Positions 9,244 through 19,588 of a DNA stretch of 64,000 nt are shown here, piece by piece. The DNA is from Patescibacteria group bacterium. GTDB lineage: Bacteria; Patescibacteriota; Microgenomatia; UBA10105; UBA927. A model generated the notes under the pieces. The model searched no databases and was not told the origin of the DNA. It saw only the letters and a program-made list of their open reading frames with translations. The stretch lies in the NCBI GenBank assembly GCA_023379025.1, contig JAMCTH010000009.1, positions 5,092-69,091 on the forward strand, in the 5' to 3' direction. Position 1 is the first letter of the stretch. Each line of letters starts with the position of its first letter. The translations under genes and the position numbers were made by a program.

Positions 9244-10275
9244 TTATCGCAGGTGTTTTGCTATAAAGGCATGGACGGCATCGTAATCCTGCCGGGGCAC
9301 CAGGACATACCTGCCCCCGTAAAGCCATGCGGGCGGTGCAGTAAACTCCGTATCGATGGCAATTTTTGCGATATTTGCCGGAGGAATGTTCCGCAGAGCG
9401 ACTCCGGTAGCCGCCATGTCCGCCGGAGTCATATCGGTAACGATCGTCTGGACGGCCACACCGTATAGCGCACGGTCCCGCCTGATGTCCGTCCAGAACC
9501 ACGGATTTCCGAGTTTCTCCCGAAGTGCAAGAAGCACGTCCTGTTGCCTCCGTTCCCGGGCAAAGTCGCTTCCCTCGTTGCCTTCGGCATGACGGCTTCG
9601 CACATATTCAAGCGCACGGGTCCCGTTCAGGGTTTGCCTCCCTTTGTCGAAATGAACGGTCATATACCTGCAACCATAGGCGGGATCCCCGCCGCACTCG
9701 TCGTTTTCTTTTCCGGCAACCGGATACTCGCGGTCGGTAAATGCTTCCGGCACATCGAGCGTTACGCCCCCGGCCAGGTTTATGATCCGTTCAAACCCGG
9801 AAAAATCCACAACGACGACATAATGGATGGGCATGCCGATGATGTCTTCGACTTCTGCCTGTGCAAGCACCATGCCCCCTCCTTGTTTCTTCTCCTCACC
9901 ATAATGGTAGGCGCTGTTTATCTTATCCTTTAACGTAAAAGACCATATGTCGCGCGGAACGGAAAGTATCGACAGGGTATGTACGCCCTCGCGGAGAGAG
10001 AGGACAAGCATCGTATCCGTCAAATCCGGTCCGGCATGGTCGCCGCCCGCGACACCAAGAAGGAGAATATTCGTTCTACCGCCGGTCGAATCCAGGACTG
10101 AACGTTTTCCGGCGAATATCTCCGCCGCTGAGATGACATCAATACCCAGGTGCTCTTCGATATGCCCTATCCACAGTGCGGTCCGTATTCCAAAAACGAT
10201 CAAACCGGCAGACAGAAAAACAGCCAGGAGAAACCGCAATTTTGGAACATATATCCGTCTGAATTTTGGCTGCAT
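9244..10275 (-). CDS. LytR-CpsA-Psr (LCP) family cell-envelope phosphotransferase
   Basis: TM anchor, then ILLLGVAGGDHAGPDLTDTMLVLSL...LSVPRDIW, the LCP core motifs. Start chosen at internal Met (MQPKF) to avoid overlapping tpiA. Confidence 0.8.
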   Translation of the reverse strand: MQPKFRRIYVPKLRFLLAVFLSAGLIVFGIRTALWIGHIEEHLGIDVISAAEIFAGKRSVLDSTGGRTNILLLGVAGGDHAGPDLTDTMLVLSLREGVHTLSILSVPRDIWSFTLKDKINSAYHYGEEKKQGGGMVLAQAEVEDIIGMPIHYVVVVDFSGFERIINLAGGVTLDVPEAFTDREYPVAGKENDECGGDPAYGCRYMTVHFDKGRQTLNGTRALEYVRSRHAEGNEGSDFARERRQQDVLLALREKLGNPWFWTDIRRDRALYGVAVQTIVTDMTPADMAATGVALRNIPPANIAKIAIDTEFTAPPAWLYGGRYVLVPRQDYDAVHAFIAKHLR

Positions 10276-10300
10276 AACCGGGAAGCAAAAAAAACAGTGC

Positions 10301-11011
10301 TTAACCAGATGAGCCGGCGCTCTCGATGATCTCGTAAAATTTTCCGGGGTCAAGACTCGCCCCTCCGACACCGACGCCGGAAATATGCGGCATAGCGAAA
10401 AATCCTGATGCATTCTCCGGTTTCACGCTTCCGCCGTACAGTACCGGCAGCTTACCGAGTATCGCCTGAATTTCGGAAGCCTTCGCATCGGCGTTTTCCG
10501 GCGTATCAGGCTGACCGCTTCCTATTGCCGCAAGCGGCTCATAGAGAATGGTGCCGTACGTTTCATAATCCGGATACGCGTCGTGCAAAGCGCGCACCTC
10601 ATCAAGTTCTGAGACGCAAACGACCGGCGCGATCTCACGGGCACGGGCCATCTCCACCTTTGCTCTGACGGATGCATCCGTTTCCCCCAAGAGTCTTCTT
10701 CGTTCGGAATGTCCGATCATGGCGTAGGAGACGAGTCCGCTGAGCATATCTGCCGATATTTCTCCGGTATAAGGGCCCGCAGGATATGCCGATATGGTCT
10801 GGGCACCCAAAGCTACGCGTAACGGGAGACTGCCGAGATGTCCGCTAAAGTATGGCAGATGGATAAATGCCGGGCAAAGGATCGTCGTTACATCCGGCTG
10901 CTGTTGCCTTTCCGATTGCCGGACGAGGGACGCAAACGTTTCCATCCAGACTGTGGCATCCTGAAGGGTTTTTTCGGATTTCCAGTTGCCCAAAACGATA
11001 AGCTTTTTCAT
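10301..11011 (-). CDS. tpiA: triosephosphate isomerase
   Basis: GNWK..., AMIGHSERR catalytic motif, ...YGGSV; 236 aa. Confidence 0.9.
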   Translation of the reverse strand: MKKLIVLGNWKSEKTLQDATVWMETFASLVRQSERQQQPDVTTILCPAFIHLPYFSGHLGSLPLRVALGAQTISAYPAGPYTGEISADMLSGLVSYAMIGHSERRRLLGETDASVRAKVEMARAREIAPVVCVSELDEVRALHDAYPDYETYGTILYEPLAAIGSGQPDTPENADAKASEIQAILGKLPVLYGGSVKPENASGFFAMPHISGVGVGGASLDPGKFYEIIESAGSSG

Positions 11012-11020
11012 GGAAGCGGT

Positions 11021-12907
11021 ATGGTACTATTATATTCTATGGCCGCATCCTTCCTCAACGACCTGAACCCCGATCAACTGAAGGCTGTTACCCGAACCGA
11101 AGGGCCGGTCCTGATCTTGGCAGGCGCAGGCAGCGGGAAAACCCGCGTACTCACCTACCGCGTAGCCTACCTCATGGGTGAAAAACATCTATCCGGTTCA
11201 AACATCCTGATGCTCACGTTCACGAACAAAGCCGCCAACGAGATGAAAGAACGTATCAGGTTACTCCTTTCAAACGGTCATCACGTCCGTTCCGACGACG
11301 CCGGACTGCCGTTTGCCGGGACGTTTCATTCTTTTTGTGTCCGTGTGCTCCGGCAGGACGGCCCCGACATAGGAATTCCGGATGACTTCCTCATCTATGA
11401 TGACGCGGATCAGCTGGATCTTATTAAAGAGTGCATGAAAGCACGTGATCTCTCCGTCAAAAGCTACAATCCGGGCGCTATCCTCCACACCATCTCTCAG
11501 GCAAAAAACGAACTCATACCGGCGACGGAGTATCCGCAATATGCACGCGGAAATTTCCAGGAAGCGGTAGCACAGGTATATCTTGCATACCAGAAGATGC
11601 TCCGGGAAAACAAGGCACTCGACTTTGACGACCTCCTCATGGATGTGGCCGTCCTTTTTCAAAAATGCCCGGACGTACTCGGACGCTATCAGGAACGGTA
11701 TCAGTACATCCTGGTTGATGAGTATCAGGACACCAACAGGGCCCAGTACGTCATCACGAAACAACTCGCAGGGCGGCACAGAAATCTCTGTGTCGTGGGT
11801 GATGCATCCCAAAGCATCTACCGCTGGCGCGGCGCGGATTTCAGGAATATCGTCAATTTCAAAGCCGATTTTCCGGATGTTGCCGTTTTTCATCTTGAGC
11901 AAAATTACCGCTCAACACAGGTCATCCTCAACGCGGCCTTCGGCGTGATCTCCAAAAACACCACGCACCCCATCCTCAAACTCTGGACCCAAAAACACGG
12001 CGGGGCAAAAATAGTGCTCTATGAGGCCCGGAATGAACAGGATGAAGCTACCTTCCTGATCCAGACCATCCTTCAGTCCGGACGTCCCTATACCGATGTT
12101 GCCGTCCTCTACCGCACCAACGCCCAGTCCCGGGTCCTCGAAGAGTCCTTTCTCCATGCAGGAGTCCCCTATACGCTGGTCGGCGGCACCCGGTTTTATG
12201 AACGCAAGGAAATAAAAGACGTCCTCTCCTACCTCCGGCTTCTCGCCAATCCGAAAGACAGCGTTTCGTATAAACGCATCGAGAAACTCGGCAAAGGCCG
12301 TCTTGAGAAATTTCTGGCGTTTTCCGAATCAATCACGAACGATCACAAACTTATCGGCCTCACGACACTCGAGCTTCTTGACCGCGTACTGGAGGATACA
12401 TCGTACCTCTCGCTCTATGATGCACATGTAGAAGAAGAAGCCTACCGTCTCGAAAACATCAAGGAACTCCGCTCCGTCGCCACCGAATTTCCGGTCCTTT
12501 CCGAATTTCTGGAAACGGTTGCGCTCGTCGAGCAGGAATACCAGCCGGCTGCAGTAAAAAACAGAGACGCGAACCGTTCCGCGGTCACCCTCATGACCAT
12601 GCACGCAGCCAAGGGACTCGAGTTTCCGGTGGTGTTTATGATCGGTATGGAGGAGGGGCTATTCCCCCATTCGCGTTCCCTTATGGACAGGGAAGAGCTC
12701 GAGGAAGAACGGCGGCTCTGCTATGTCGGCATTACGCGCGCCAAGGAGCGCTTATATCTGACGTACGCCGACCGGAGGCTTTTTTTCGGCACCCGCACGC
12801 AAAACATGATTTCCCGGTTTATTGCAGATATCCCCCAGGAAGCTATGGAGCTGAATGTGTCCCTGAGCGCGGATCGTGGATTCAGAACCGGTGATTTTCT
12901 GCTCTAG
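11021..12907 (+). CDS. UvrD/PcrA-type superfamily 1 DNA helicase (start 11021 or 11039)
   Basis: AGAGSGKTRVLTYR Walker A, TFTNKAANEM (motif Ia), ILVDEYQDTN (motif II), QNYRST, and C-terminal LMTMHAAKGLEFPVVF...YVGITRAKERL. Confidence 0.85.
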   Translation: MVLLYSMAASFLNDLNPDQLKAVTRTEGPVLILAGAGSGKTRVLTYRVAYLMGEKHLSGSNILMLTFTNKAANEMKERIRLLLSNGHHVRSDDAGLPFAGTFHSFCVRVLRQDGPDIGIPDDFLIYDDADQLDLIKECMKARDLSVKSYNPGAILHTISQAKNELIPATEYPQYARGNFQEAVAQVYLAYQKMLRENKALDFDDLLMDVAVLFQKCPDVLGRYQERYQYILVDEYQDTNRAQYVITKQLAGRHRNLCVVGDASQSIYRWRGADFRNIVNFKADFPDVAVFHLEQNYRSTQVILNAAFGVISKNTTHPILKLWTQKHGGAKIVLYEARNEQDEATFLIQTILQSGRPYTDVAVLYRTNAQSRVLEESFLHAGVPYTLVGGTRFYERKEIKDVLSYLRLLANPKDSVSYKRIEKLGKGRLEKFLAFSESITNDHKLIGLTTLELLDRVLEDTSYLSLYDAHVEEEAYRLENIKELRSVATEFPVLSEFLETVALVEQEYQPAAVKNRDANRSAVTLMTMHAAKGLEFPVVFMIGMEEGLFPHSRSLMDREELEEERRLCYVGITRAKERLYLTYADRRLFFGTRTQNMISRFIADIPQEAMELNVSLSADRGFRTGDFLL

Positions 12908-13123
12908 CGGACGAGAGACAGGAACGCATAAAGTACCGTCCCGCAGACGATACCCACGGACATGACGATTTCCAGCTCTAAAAATACCCGTGCTATGCCC
13001 TTGACGTGACCGAAGGAAAAAATCTGCGGGATTATGCGGGTATCTATAGGGAACCAATGCACCGGCGCGGGCATCTTCGCCCCGCCTCCTAAGCCCTTTT
13101 TGGTCTTCCTCATCGCAGATTCA

Positions 13124-13152
13124 TTGTATCACAGCGCATTCTGCGAGATAAT
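13124..13152 (+). promoter_or_regulatory. candidate sigma70-like promoter (-35 TTGTAT, 17-nt spacer, -10 GATAAT) just upstream of the first Fem gene
   Basis: Hexamers and spacing read from sequence. The predicted start falls within a few nt of the ATG, so the transcript may be leaderless. Confidence 0.25.
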
Positions 13153-13158
13153 GGTGCT

Positions 13159-14184
13159 ATGCAAAGGACCGCCATGACAATACGTGAGGCCAGTCCTCAG
13201 GATCAAAACATATGGGACGGGCTGGCCGGGCATCCGCTCCAGTCATGGGCCTGGGGGGAGTTCCGTACATCCATGGGCATCGACCTTGTCCGGATGATCG
13301 AGGAACGGAATGGAACGCCGGTATCCTGCCTAGAGGTTACGTTCCACCGCATCCCCCATACCCCATGGACCGTCGGCTATGGCCCCAAAGGCCCGGCGGT
13401 TGACCAGCACATGATTGCTGCATTGATGAAGCTCGGTCGACAAAAAAATTCCGTCTTCATCCAACTGGAGCCAAATATACAAGCTTCATCCCCTCTCCCA
13501 ATCTGCCGATCTCCCAATCTCGTCCCTTCCCATCACCCGCTCTTCACCCGGTATACCTTCATTCTCGACCTCACAAAGTCCGAAGACGAATTGCTTTCCG
13601 CCATGCATCCCAAGACCCGCTACAACATACGGATAGCGGAAAAGCACGGCGTACGGGTTGTCATGGATAACTCCGCGGACGGATTTGCGGCATATCTCCG
13701 GCTTACGGAAGAAACGACAAAACGGCAGGGATTTTATGCGCATACGGCAGAATATCACAAAAAAATGTGGGATACCCTGTCCAAAGCCGGGATCGCAAAA
13801 CTCTTTACCGCGTCTTACAAAGGAACCGTCCTGAGCGCCTGGATCGTGTTTCTCTGGAAAGACACACTCTACTACCCGTACGGCAGCTCATCCCGCGAAC
13901 ACCGTGAGGTTATGGCCCCCAATCTTCTCCTCCGGGAAATCTCCACGTGGGCCAAACAAAGAGGATGTAAGGCATTTGACCTCTGGGGGGCGCTCGGGCC
14001 GGATCCCAACCCGCACGATCCCTGGTACGGATTTCACCGGTTCAAAGCAGGATACCGGCCGGCGTTGGTCGAATATGCGGGATCCTTCGACCTCGTGACC
14101 CGTCCCATGCTCTATCGCGTCTATTCGGTTGCGGACACCGTCCGGTGGATGTATCTCAAATCCAAACGGGCCATGGCGCTGTAA
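13159..14184 (+). CDS. FemAB-family peptidoglycan interpeptide-bridge aminoacyltransferase (FemX/MurM-like)
   Basis: 341 aa. Bi-lobed GNAT-like Fem architecture with conserved KTRYNIR...YLWKDTLYYPYGSS...FKAGY motifs typical of PF02388. Confidence 0.7.
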   Translation: MQRTAMTIREASPQDQNIWDGLAGHPLQSWAWGEFRTSMGIDLVRMIEERNGTPVSCLEVTFHRIPHTPWTVGYGPKGPAVDQHMIAALMKLGRQKNSVFIQLEPNIQASSPLPICRSPNLVPSHHPLFTRYTFILDLTKSEDELLSAMHPKTRYNIRIAEKHGVRVVMDNSADGFAAYLRLTEETTKRQGFYAHTAEYHKKMWDTLSKAGIAKLFTASYKGTVLSAWIVFLWKDTLYYPYGSSSREHREVMAPNLLLREISTWAKQRGCKAFDLWGALGPDPNPHDPWYGFHRFKAGYRPALVEYAGSFDLVTRPMLYRVYSVADTVRWMYLKSKRAMAL

Positions 14185-14210
14185 ACCAAATGCAACCACA
14201 GGCATAATCC

Positions 14211-15077
14211 ATGGAAATCCAGCAATCACCGCTCTATATGCAGTATATCGAAACGCTCGGCTGGAGCTGGGACAGGATGGACGGCGCATACATCATATAC
14301 CGGCACTTCCCGCTCATGGGAGGGCTTGCCAAGATGCAGCGCCCGAGGACGCTGCCCCATCCATCGCGGTTCATCCGTTTCCTCAAGCAGCATAAGATTA
14401 CCAGGATAGCCGTTGAGCCTGATCTGTCCGTAGATCAGAAAAAATTTTCCGCGTGGTACTCCCGCGTCGGCCGGGAGATTTCGAGAAACACGGATCCCTT
14501 CATTCCGACGAAAACAATCCGGGTGAGCCTTTCCGGTTCGGAGGAGGACATTTTTCACCGTATGAGTTCCGCAAAACGCCGTGCAGTCCGGCGGGCGCTC
14601 AAAAACGGCATCGTCATACGCGAATCGTCTGACATAGATGATCTGATACGGATAAAAAACAAATCTGCAGGACTTTTGGGATTTATTACAACCCACGGCA
14701 TAAAACATCTGTGGCCCATCATGGCGCCGGATCACACCTCCATAGTCCTTGCCTATGCTCCGGGCGGACTCGGACGGCCATCCCGCGGAAATCTGGTCGG
14801 CGGCATCCTCCTTCTGTTTTTTGACGGCATCGCGTATTACTGGATTGCGGGTGCGACGAAAAAGGGTAAAAAACTGTTTGCGCCGACACTCCTGGTATGG
14901 GAAGCATTCAGGATCTCAAGACGCCGGAAATGCCGTTGGTTTGATTTTGTCGGAGTTGTCGATGAACGTCTGCCGGACAAGTATAGTGCCTGGAAGGGAT
15001 TCACAAAGTTCAAGGAAGGCTTCGGCGGGAAAGAGGTATATTATCCGATTTATTCCCGGGATCATACAAGACGGTAG
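14211..15077 (+). CDS. second FemAB-family paralog (shorter, FemX-like)
   Basis: 288 aa. Shares AKRRAVRRALKNGI, YYWIAGATKKGKKLFAPTLLVWEAF and FKEGFGG motifs with Fem transferases. Sits in tandem with the first Fem gene. Confidence 0.55.
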   Translation: MEIQQSPLYMQYIETLGWSWDRMDGAYIIYRHFPLMGGLAKMQRPRTLPHPSRFIRFLKQHKITRIAVEPDLSVDQKKFSAWYSRVGREISRNTDPFIPTKTIRVSLSGSEEDIFHRMSSAKRRAVRRALKNGIVIRESSDIDDLIRIKNKSAGLLGFITTHGIKHLWPIMAPDHTSIVLAYAPGGLGRPSRGNLVGGILLLFFDGIAYYWIAGATKKGKKLFAPTLLVWEAFRISRRRKCRWFDFVGVVDERLPDKYSAWKGFTKFKEGFGGKEVYYPIYSRDHTRR

Positions 15078-15249
15078 TCAGGACGGCAATAAAACGGAGG
15101 TTCTAACCTACACAGTATCTTCAATGTATACAGAGCTTAACAAAAAAATCGCTGATGAAAAAAACGTACACACGAGGCAGAGATCTGGCGCTCCTATTTC
15201 CATACCTCATTGATTCTTTATCATTGGAAATGTATCATTTATCATTTCA

Positions 15250-18200
15250 TTACTGCCACGCCTCGCAGATGAGCCGGAAGTCGCAGAAGTCACACTGTTT
15301 TCCGGGTGTCGGGTGAAAATCGCTCCGGGCTATTTCTTCTGCCTTTCCGGCAATCTCGCTTTTTGCGCGGGCGAGCTGCTCGTCGGTTCTTGATGCGGAT
15401 AGTTTCTCCTGACCCTCAAAAAAATAAAACGACACGATGACGTCATCCGGCTTTTTTGCCGCCATGCCCGGACCGGTTGCCGCAAGGGCATAGACGGTGA
15501 GCTGGAAATCATCCGCCGCATCACGGCTTTTCGGAGCATGTCCCGTTTTGTAATCGATAATTTCTATCTTTCCGTCCGGCAGCGGATCTACCCGGTCTAT
15601 TTTCCCCCCGAGAGTGAGAGCCGGCGTAATCTTTATCCTGAACGCCTGTTCAAGCGCCAGGGGGACGCGCTTCGGATCATAGCCGTGATCAAAATAACCG
15701 GCCAGTAATTCCCTTCCCCGGGCTTTCATCTTTTCCTCATATGCCTTATTTCCGTACCCCACCGGTGACCACTGGCGGTCAAACAGCGCCAGAAGCGTAT
15801 CTTTCGTCGGGTGTTGATTGTTTTGCACCAGCCGGTAAAATGCCTCGATGACCCTGTGCATGGTACTGCCGAAAGACAGTGCGGCACGGGGGGGAACGGG
15901 AATTTTCAGAATATAGCGGTACCGGTACTGGAGCGGACAGGTTTTGTACGTTTCAAGCTGCGAATACGACAGATAGGTGACGGCAGCCCGTCCGGTCTCC
16001 TGGTCATCCTCTGTCTGTTTGTCCTTTTCCCATCCGCGGAACGCAAGCTGTAATGCCTCCTGATGCTCTTCCGGCACGGGTTCACGCATGGTCTCGCCAA
16101 GGGCTTCCGCGATAAACGGGGAAAGCTTTTTTTCACGTTTCCCTTCCCCGTAATAGCGTGCCGCCGAAAAATACAGCCGGTCGCGGGCACGCGTCATACC
16201 GACATAAAAGAGCCGGCGCTCTTCTTCAATATGGAAATCGCCGGTCGGAAGGATCTCTTTAATGAGAGGGTCCGGCAACGGTATCTGTTCCTTCCGCCCG
16301 ATCGTCGGAAATCTGGCCGAAACAAGGTTTACGAGAAATACAACCGGGAACTCAAGTCCTTTGGATGAATGTACCGTCAGGATCGTTACCGCGTCATTTG
16401 CCACCCAATCCGTGTCCGCGGCAAGGGGAGATTCGCCGAGCTCGCTTGACAGCTCTATCCAGTCGCTTACGGGATAGACGCCCGCATCATCATGTTCCGC
16501 CTCATAGGTCTTGAGCTTATCGAAAAATTTGGCGATGTTCAGCGCCCTGCGTTCGTCTTTGGCGTTTTTGTAGGAAGCAAGAGTTTTCAGGAGCCCCGTG
16601 TCCTCCAGAAAATAGTAGAGTATCTGCCCTGCACTTTCTTTCTTTATGAGAGCCAGATGCCGGTAGATCATCCGAATGAGCCGCAAGATTTTTTCCGTCC
16701 CGTTCTCCGAAAGCTTCGGCACCGGAACGGTTCCGCTTTTCATCGCGTCACCGGCGGCATCCGGGGGCAGGAGTGTCTCGCAGGCCTCAAAAAGAGACTG
16801 TCCGTAGGTTCTGGCATACTGCATGAGCGCGGCCAGATCCCTGGGGTGGATAGCAAACAGATCCATGGAAAGTACCCGGTACATAGCAACACTATCATCA
16901 GGCGACGTAAGGAGTTTAAGATAGCTTATGAGATCCTTTACTTCCGCCTGCCGGAACAGCTGGCCCGGTCCCAAAAACTGATACGGAATCCCGGCGCGCT
17001 CAAGGGCGCGTGAAAATGGTTCTGCATGACTGTTCGCACGGACAAGGATGGCAAAATCTTTCCAGTCATACCCGCCTTCACGTATCTGATTTTCTGATGT
17101 TTGGTGTTTGATATTTGATATTGCTTGAGCCACCCCCTCAGCTTCATTCTCTACGCGGTCTCTGTACAGTACTTCAATAGGCGAACCGTTTATCCTCCGC
17201 ATGCTTTCGAGTTTTTTATCTATCCGTTCGGCAATCTCCAGGCGGTCCGGGTTATTCTGCTGGATAAGCGCATAGGAACGGTTAAGGATTTCTTGTGTGG
17301 AACGGTAATTTTTGGTAAGGACAACGATCTTCGCCCTGGGAAAGCGCTTCCGGAACTGGATGATGTTGCTTATTGCCGCACCCCGCCAGCGGTAAATTGC
17401 CTGATCGTCATCACCGACCACGGTAAGGTTTTTCTTCTTGCCTGCCAGAAGGACAGCCAGTTCATTCTGGGCAAAATTGGTATCCTGGAATTCATCGATG
17501 AGAATGTAACGGAACTGGTCCTGATACCGCTTTAAAATATTTTTTCTCGTACGAAAAAGTTTCAACGTATTACTTATCAGGTCTGCGTAATCCGCCACTC
17601 CTTCTTTCACTTTTAGTTCTTCGTATGTCCTATATGCCCGCGCAAGTTCGAAATATTTTTCACCTTCTTCGTTTCTCCCCTCTGTCATCGCGAGACCGTT
17701 CTTACGGCGTGGCGATCTCTTATTTATTTGAGATTGCTTCGCTTCGCTCGCAATGACAGACGTAAATATATGGTCTTTCACCCATCCTAAGTATTGCTCT
17801 GGTGTGATATCTTCGTCCTTAAGTCTGCTAAAATGCTGCAGCATTCCTGCAATAAATTTAGTTGGATTGCCGAGCGGGCGGAAATAGGAAAGATCAAAGG
17901 AAAACAGGTGTCTACGGAAAAACTGTATGGTTTCCGCTTCGGTCATGAGACGGTATCCGGGATCGTAGCCGATATTGATCGCCTCTGCCCGAAGTATACG
18001 GTCGCAAAATGCATGGAACGTGGATATCCACATGTCGGGTAGCCCATACGGAAGGAGCATATCGATGCGTTCTTCCATCTCACGGCTCGCTTTTTCTGTA
18101 AAAGTAAGGGCGAGAATCCCGTCCGGTCGGACGGATTTTTTTGTTATGAGGTGGGCGATGCGTTCTGTGACAACGGTTGTTTTTCCGGTCCCGGCTCCCG

Positions 18201-18288
18201 CGATGACAAGAAGCGGCCCTTCACCAAAGCCGATTGCACGTTTTTGTTCAGCATTGAGGGTATACCGGTGCTTATTCTCGGTCTTCAT
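15250..18288 (-). CDS. UvrD-type helicase fused to C-terminal PD-(D/E)XK nuclease with Cas4/AddB-type 4Cys Fe-S cluster (AddA-like single-chain helicase-nuclease)
   Basis: 1012 aa. N-terminal AGAGTGKTTVVTERI, TFTEKASREM and ILIDEFQDTN motifs. C-terminal ...IEIIDYKTG (nuclease core). Cys pattern C...(CDFCDFRLIC) equals Cx2Cx5C at the extreme C-terminus with an upstream Cys (TCPLQY). Confidence 0.8.
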   Translation of the reverse strand: MKTENKHRYTLNAEQKRAIGFGEGPLLVIAGAGTGKTTVVTERIAHLITKKSVRPDGILALTFTEKASREMEERIDMLLPYGLPDMWISTFHAFCDRILRAEAINIGYDPGYRLMTEAETIQFFRRHLFSFDLSYFRPLGNPTKFIAGMLQHFSRLKDEDITPEQYLGWVKDHIFTSVIASEAKQSQINKRSPRRKNGLAMTEGRNEEGEKYFELARAYRTYEELKVKEGVADYADLISNTLKLFRTRKNILKRYQDQFRYILIDEFQDTNFAQNELAVLLAGKKKNLTVVGDDDQAIYRWRGAAISNIIQFRKRFPRAKIVVLTKNYRSTQEILNRSYALIQQNNPDRLEIAERIDKKLESMRRINGSPIEVLYRDRVENEAEGVAQAISNIKHQTSENQIREGGYDWKDFAILVRANSHAEPFSRALERAGIPYQFLGPGQLFRQAEVKDLISYLKLLTSPDDSVAMYRVLSMDLFAIHPRDLAALMQYARTYGQSLFEACETLLPPDAAGDAMKSGTVPVPKLSENGTEKILRLIRMIYRHLALIKKESAGQILYYFLEDTGLLKTLASYKNAKDERRALNIAKFFDKLKTYEAEHDDAGVYPVSDWIELSSELGESPLAADTDWVANDAVTILTVHSSKGLEFPVVFLVNLVSARFPTIGRKEQIPLPDPLIKEILPTGDFHIEEERRLFYVGMTRARDRLYFSAARYYGEGKREKKLSPFIAEALGETMREPVPEEHQEALQLAFRGWEKDKQTEDDQETGRAAVTYLSYSQLETYKTCPLQYRYRYILKIPVPPRAALSFGSTMHRVIEAFYRLVQNNQHPTKDTLLALFDRQWSPVGYGNKAYEEKMKARGRELLAGYFDHGYDPKRVPLALEQAFRIKITPALTLGGKIDRVDPLPDGKIEIIDYKTGHAPKSRDAADDFQLTVYALAATGPGMAAKKPDDVIVSFYFFEGQEKLSASRTDEQLARAKSEIAGKAEEIARSDFHPTPGKQCDFCDFRLICEAWQ

Positions 18289-18330
18289 GGGTTTACTCCG
18301 GCCTTAGTATACCGCGGGTCGCAGCTCTGT

Positions 18331-19542
18331 CTAGGGTGTGATTTTTTTCCGTGAGAGTCCGGCCGGAAGAACCGGAAGATCTTTTTCGGCATCGGTAACT
18401 TTTTTTGCGTGTTCTAAAATGACATTTTTCCACCGTACCGCTTCCGCAACGACCGCGTCCTGGCTGTTGAGCTCTATGGTACCGCTTACCTTTCCTTCGG
18501 GAGTTGACGGGACGATACAGACATAACTGTCATCGAAAAGTCCGAAGTCAGGCTCGGGCACCTCATCCTTTATATCATCATAAAAACAGATATATACATG
18601 GATTCCTGCTGCACTATCCAGTTTCATCTGTTCCCGAAGCATCGGGTTTTTCAGGTCTGTCCGTTTTTTTACTACTATGACACGGGTCAGGTCCGCATGT
18701 TTTGCTGCCCGCCGCGCGTCGTTCATATACTGTGAATTGGGATTCCAGAAGGAACTGATTCCCGTATAAAGCGTCACAAACCCATACCGCTCGAGGTATC
18801 TCCAGCGGAATACCCCTTCATCAAGTGCGTCCTGCGCGTTGAGTTTTACTACATTTCCTTTCACCGCGTGGGTATACCCGACGGCACCCAGTTTCTGCTG
18901 AATCATGAGATACCGCTGGTAGAGCGTAAGGTCGAGACGCGTCACGCACAAATCAAGGATCAGGGAAAACTCATTCAGGTTCACCTCGCTGTTCATGTGA
19001 CCCGCCTTTTTCACGTAAATGAGCGAACTGTCCAGCGCTTTCCCAAAAAGTATTGCGTGGTTTTTATCGACATACGGGTCGTTATCCGAATAAAGGACGT
19101 AAGAAAGAGGGATACGTTTTTTGAGGGTCAGAAAATCAAAATCGGTTTTGTAAAAACCTGCGTTTACGTGATCAAATTGCCAGGGGACCCGTTCTCCCAA
19201 TGAGTCCATGAACGGACTGACAAATATCGCGCTGTCGAGCTCCAGATGAAACCGTTCGATTGCGTGGAGGATAAAAACACATCCGAGCGAATGTCCCACA
19301 AACACCAATTTTTTGTCCTTTTTCAGTGAGGGAACATACGGCTCAAAGGCCTTCAACCACAATGGAAGCAGTTGGTGTATGACCTTTCCCTTCGGACCGG
19401 CCTTCGTTACTGCATCCCATTTCTCTACGGGAAATGCCGGAACGATTACTTCCTGTCCCAAAGACTCCAATTTCCCTTTCAGGTCCGGAAACCAATTGCT
19501 CTCCGGGCTTCCGAACGCCCCATGAATGAGAACAAACGTCAT
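18331..19542 (-). CDS. RBBP9/YdeN-like serine hydrolase (alpha/beta fold) fused to ~210-aa C-terminal domain of unknown function
   Basis: N-terminus VLIHGAFGSPESNWFP...VFVGHSLGCVFILH (GHSLG nucleophile elbow). The C-terminal half has no motif I can recognise. Confidence 0.6.
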   Translation of the reverse strand: MTFVLIHGAFGSPESNWFPDLKGKLESLGQEVIVPAFPVEKWDAVTKAGPKGKVIHQLLPLWLKAFEPYVPSLKKDKKLVFVGHSLGCVFILHAIERFHLELDSAIFVSPFMDSLGERVPWQFDHVNAGFYKTDFDFLTLKKRIPLSYVLYSDNDPYVDKNHAILFGKALDSSLIYVKKAGHMNSEVNLNEFSLILDLCVTRLDLTLYQRYLMIQQKLGAVGYTHAVKGNVVKLNAQDALDEGVFRWRYLERYGFVTLYTGISSFWNPNSQYMNDARRAAKHADLTRVIVVKKRTDLKNPMLREQMKLDSAAGIHVYICFYDDIKDEVPEPDFGLFDDSYVCIVPSTPEGKVSGTIELNSQDAVVAEAVRWKNVILEHAKKVTDAEKDLPVLPAGLSRKKITP

Positions 19543-19588
19543 AAGCCTATTATACCGCAGCAGCTATAAGAATGTTGTCCTGGGTTAT

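Noticed and set aside
12904-13113. 69-aa minus-strand ORF in the 250-nt gap between the PcrA-like helicase and femAB genes
   Set aside because: It has no RBS and no recognisable features, and is oriented against both flanking genes. The gap more likely holds the fem promoter. Left uncalled.
17690-17760. gcttcgcttcgctcgcaatgacagacg low-complexity tract inside the helicase-nuclease gene
   Set aside because: It is in frame and encodes a plausible inter-motif linker (VIASEAKQSQ). There is no second copy elsewhere in the window to support a repeat element.
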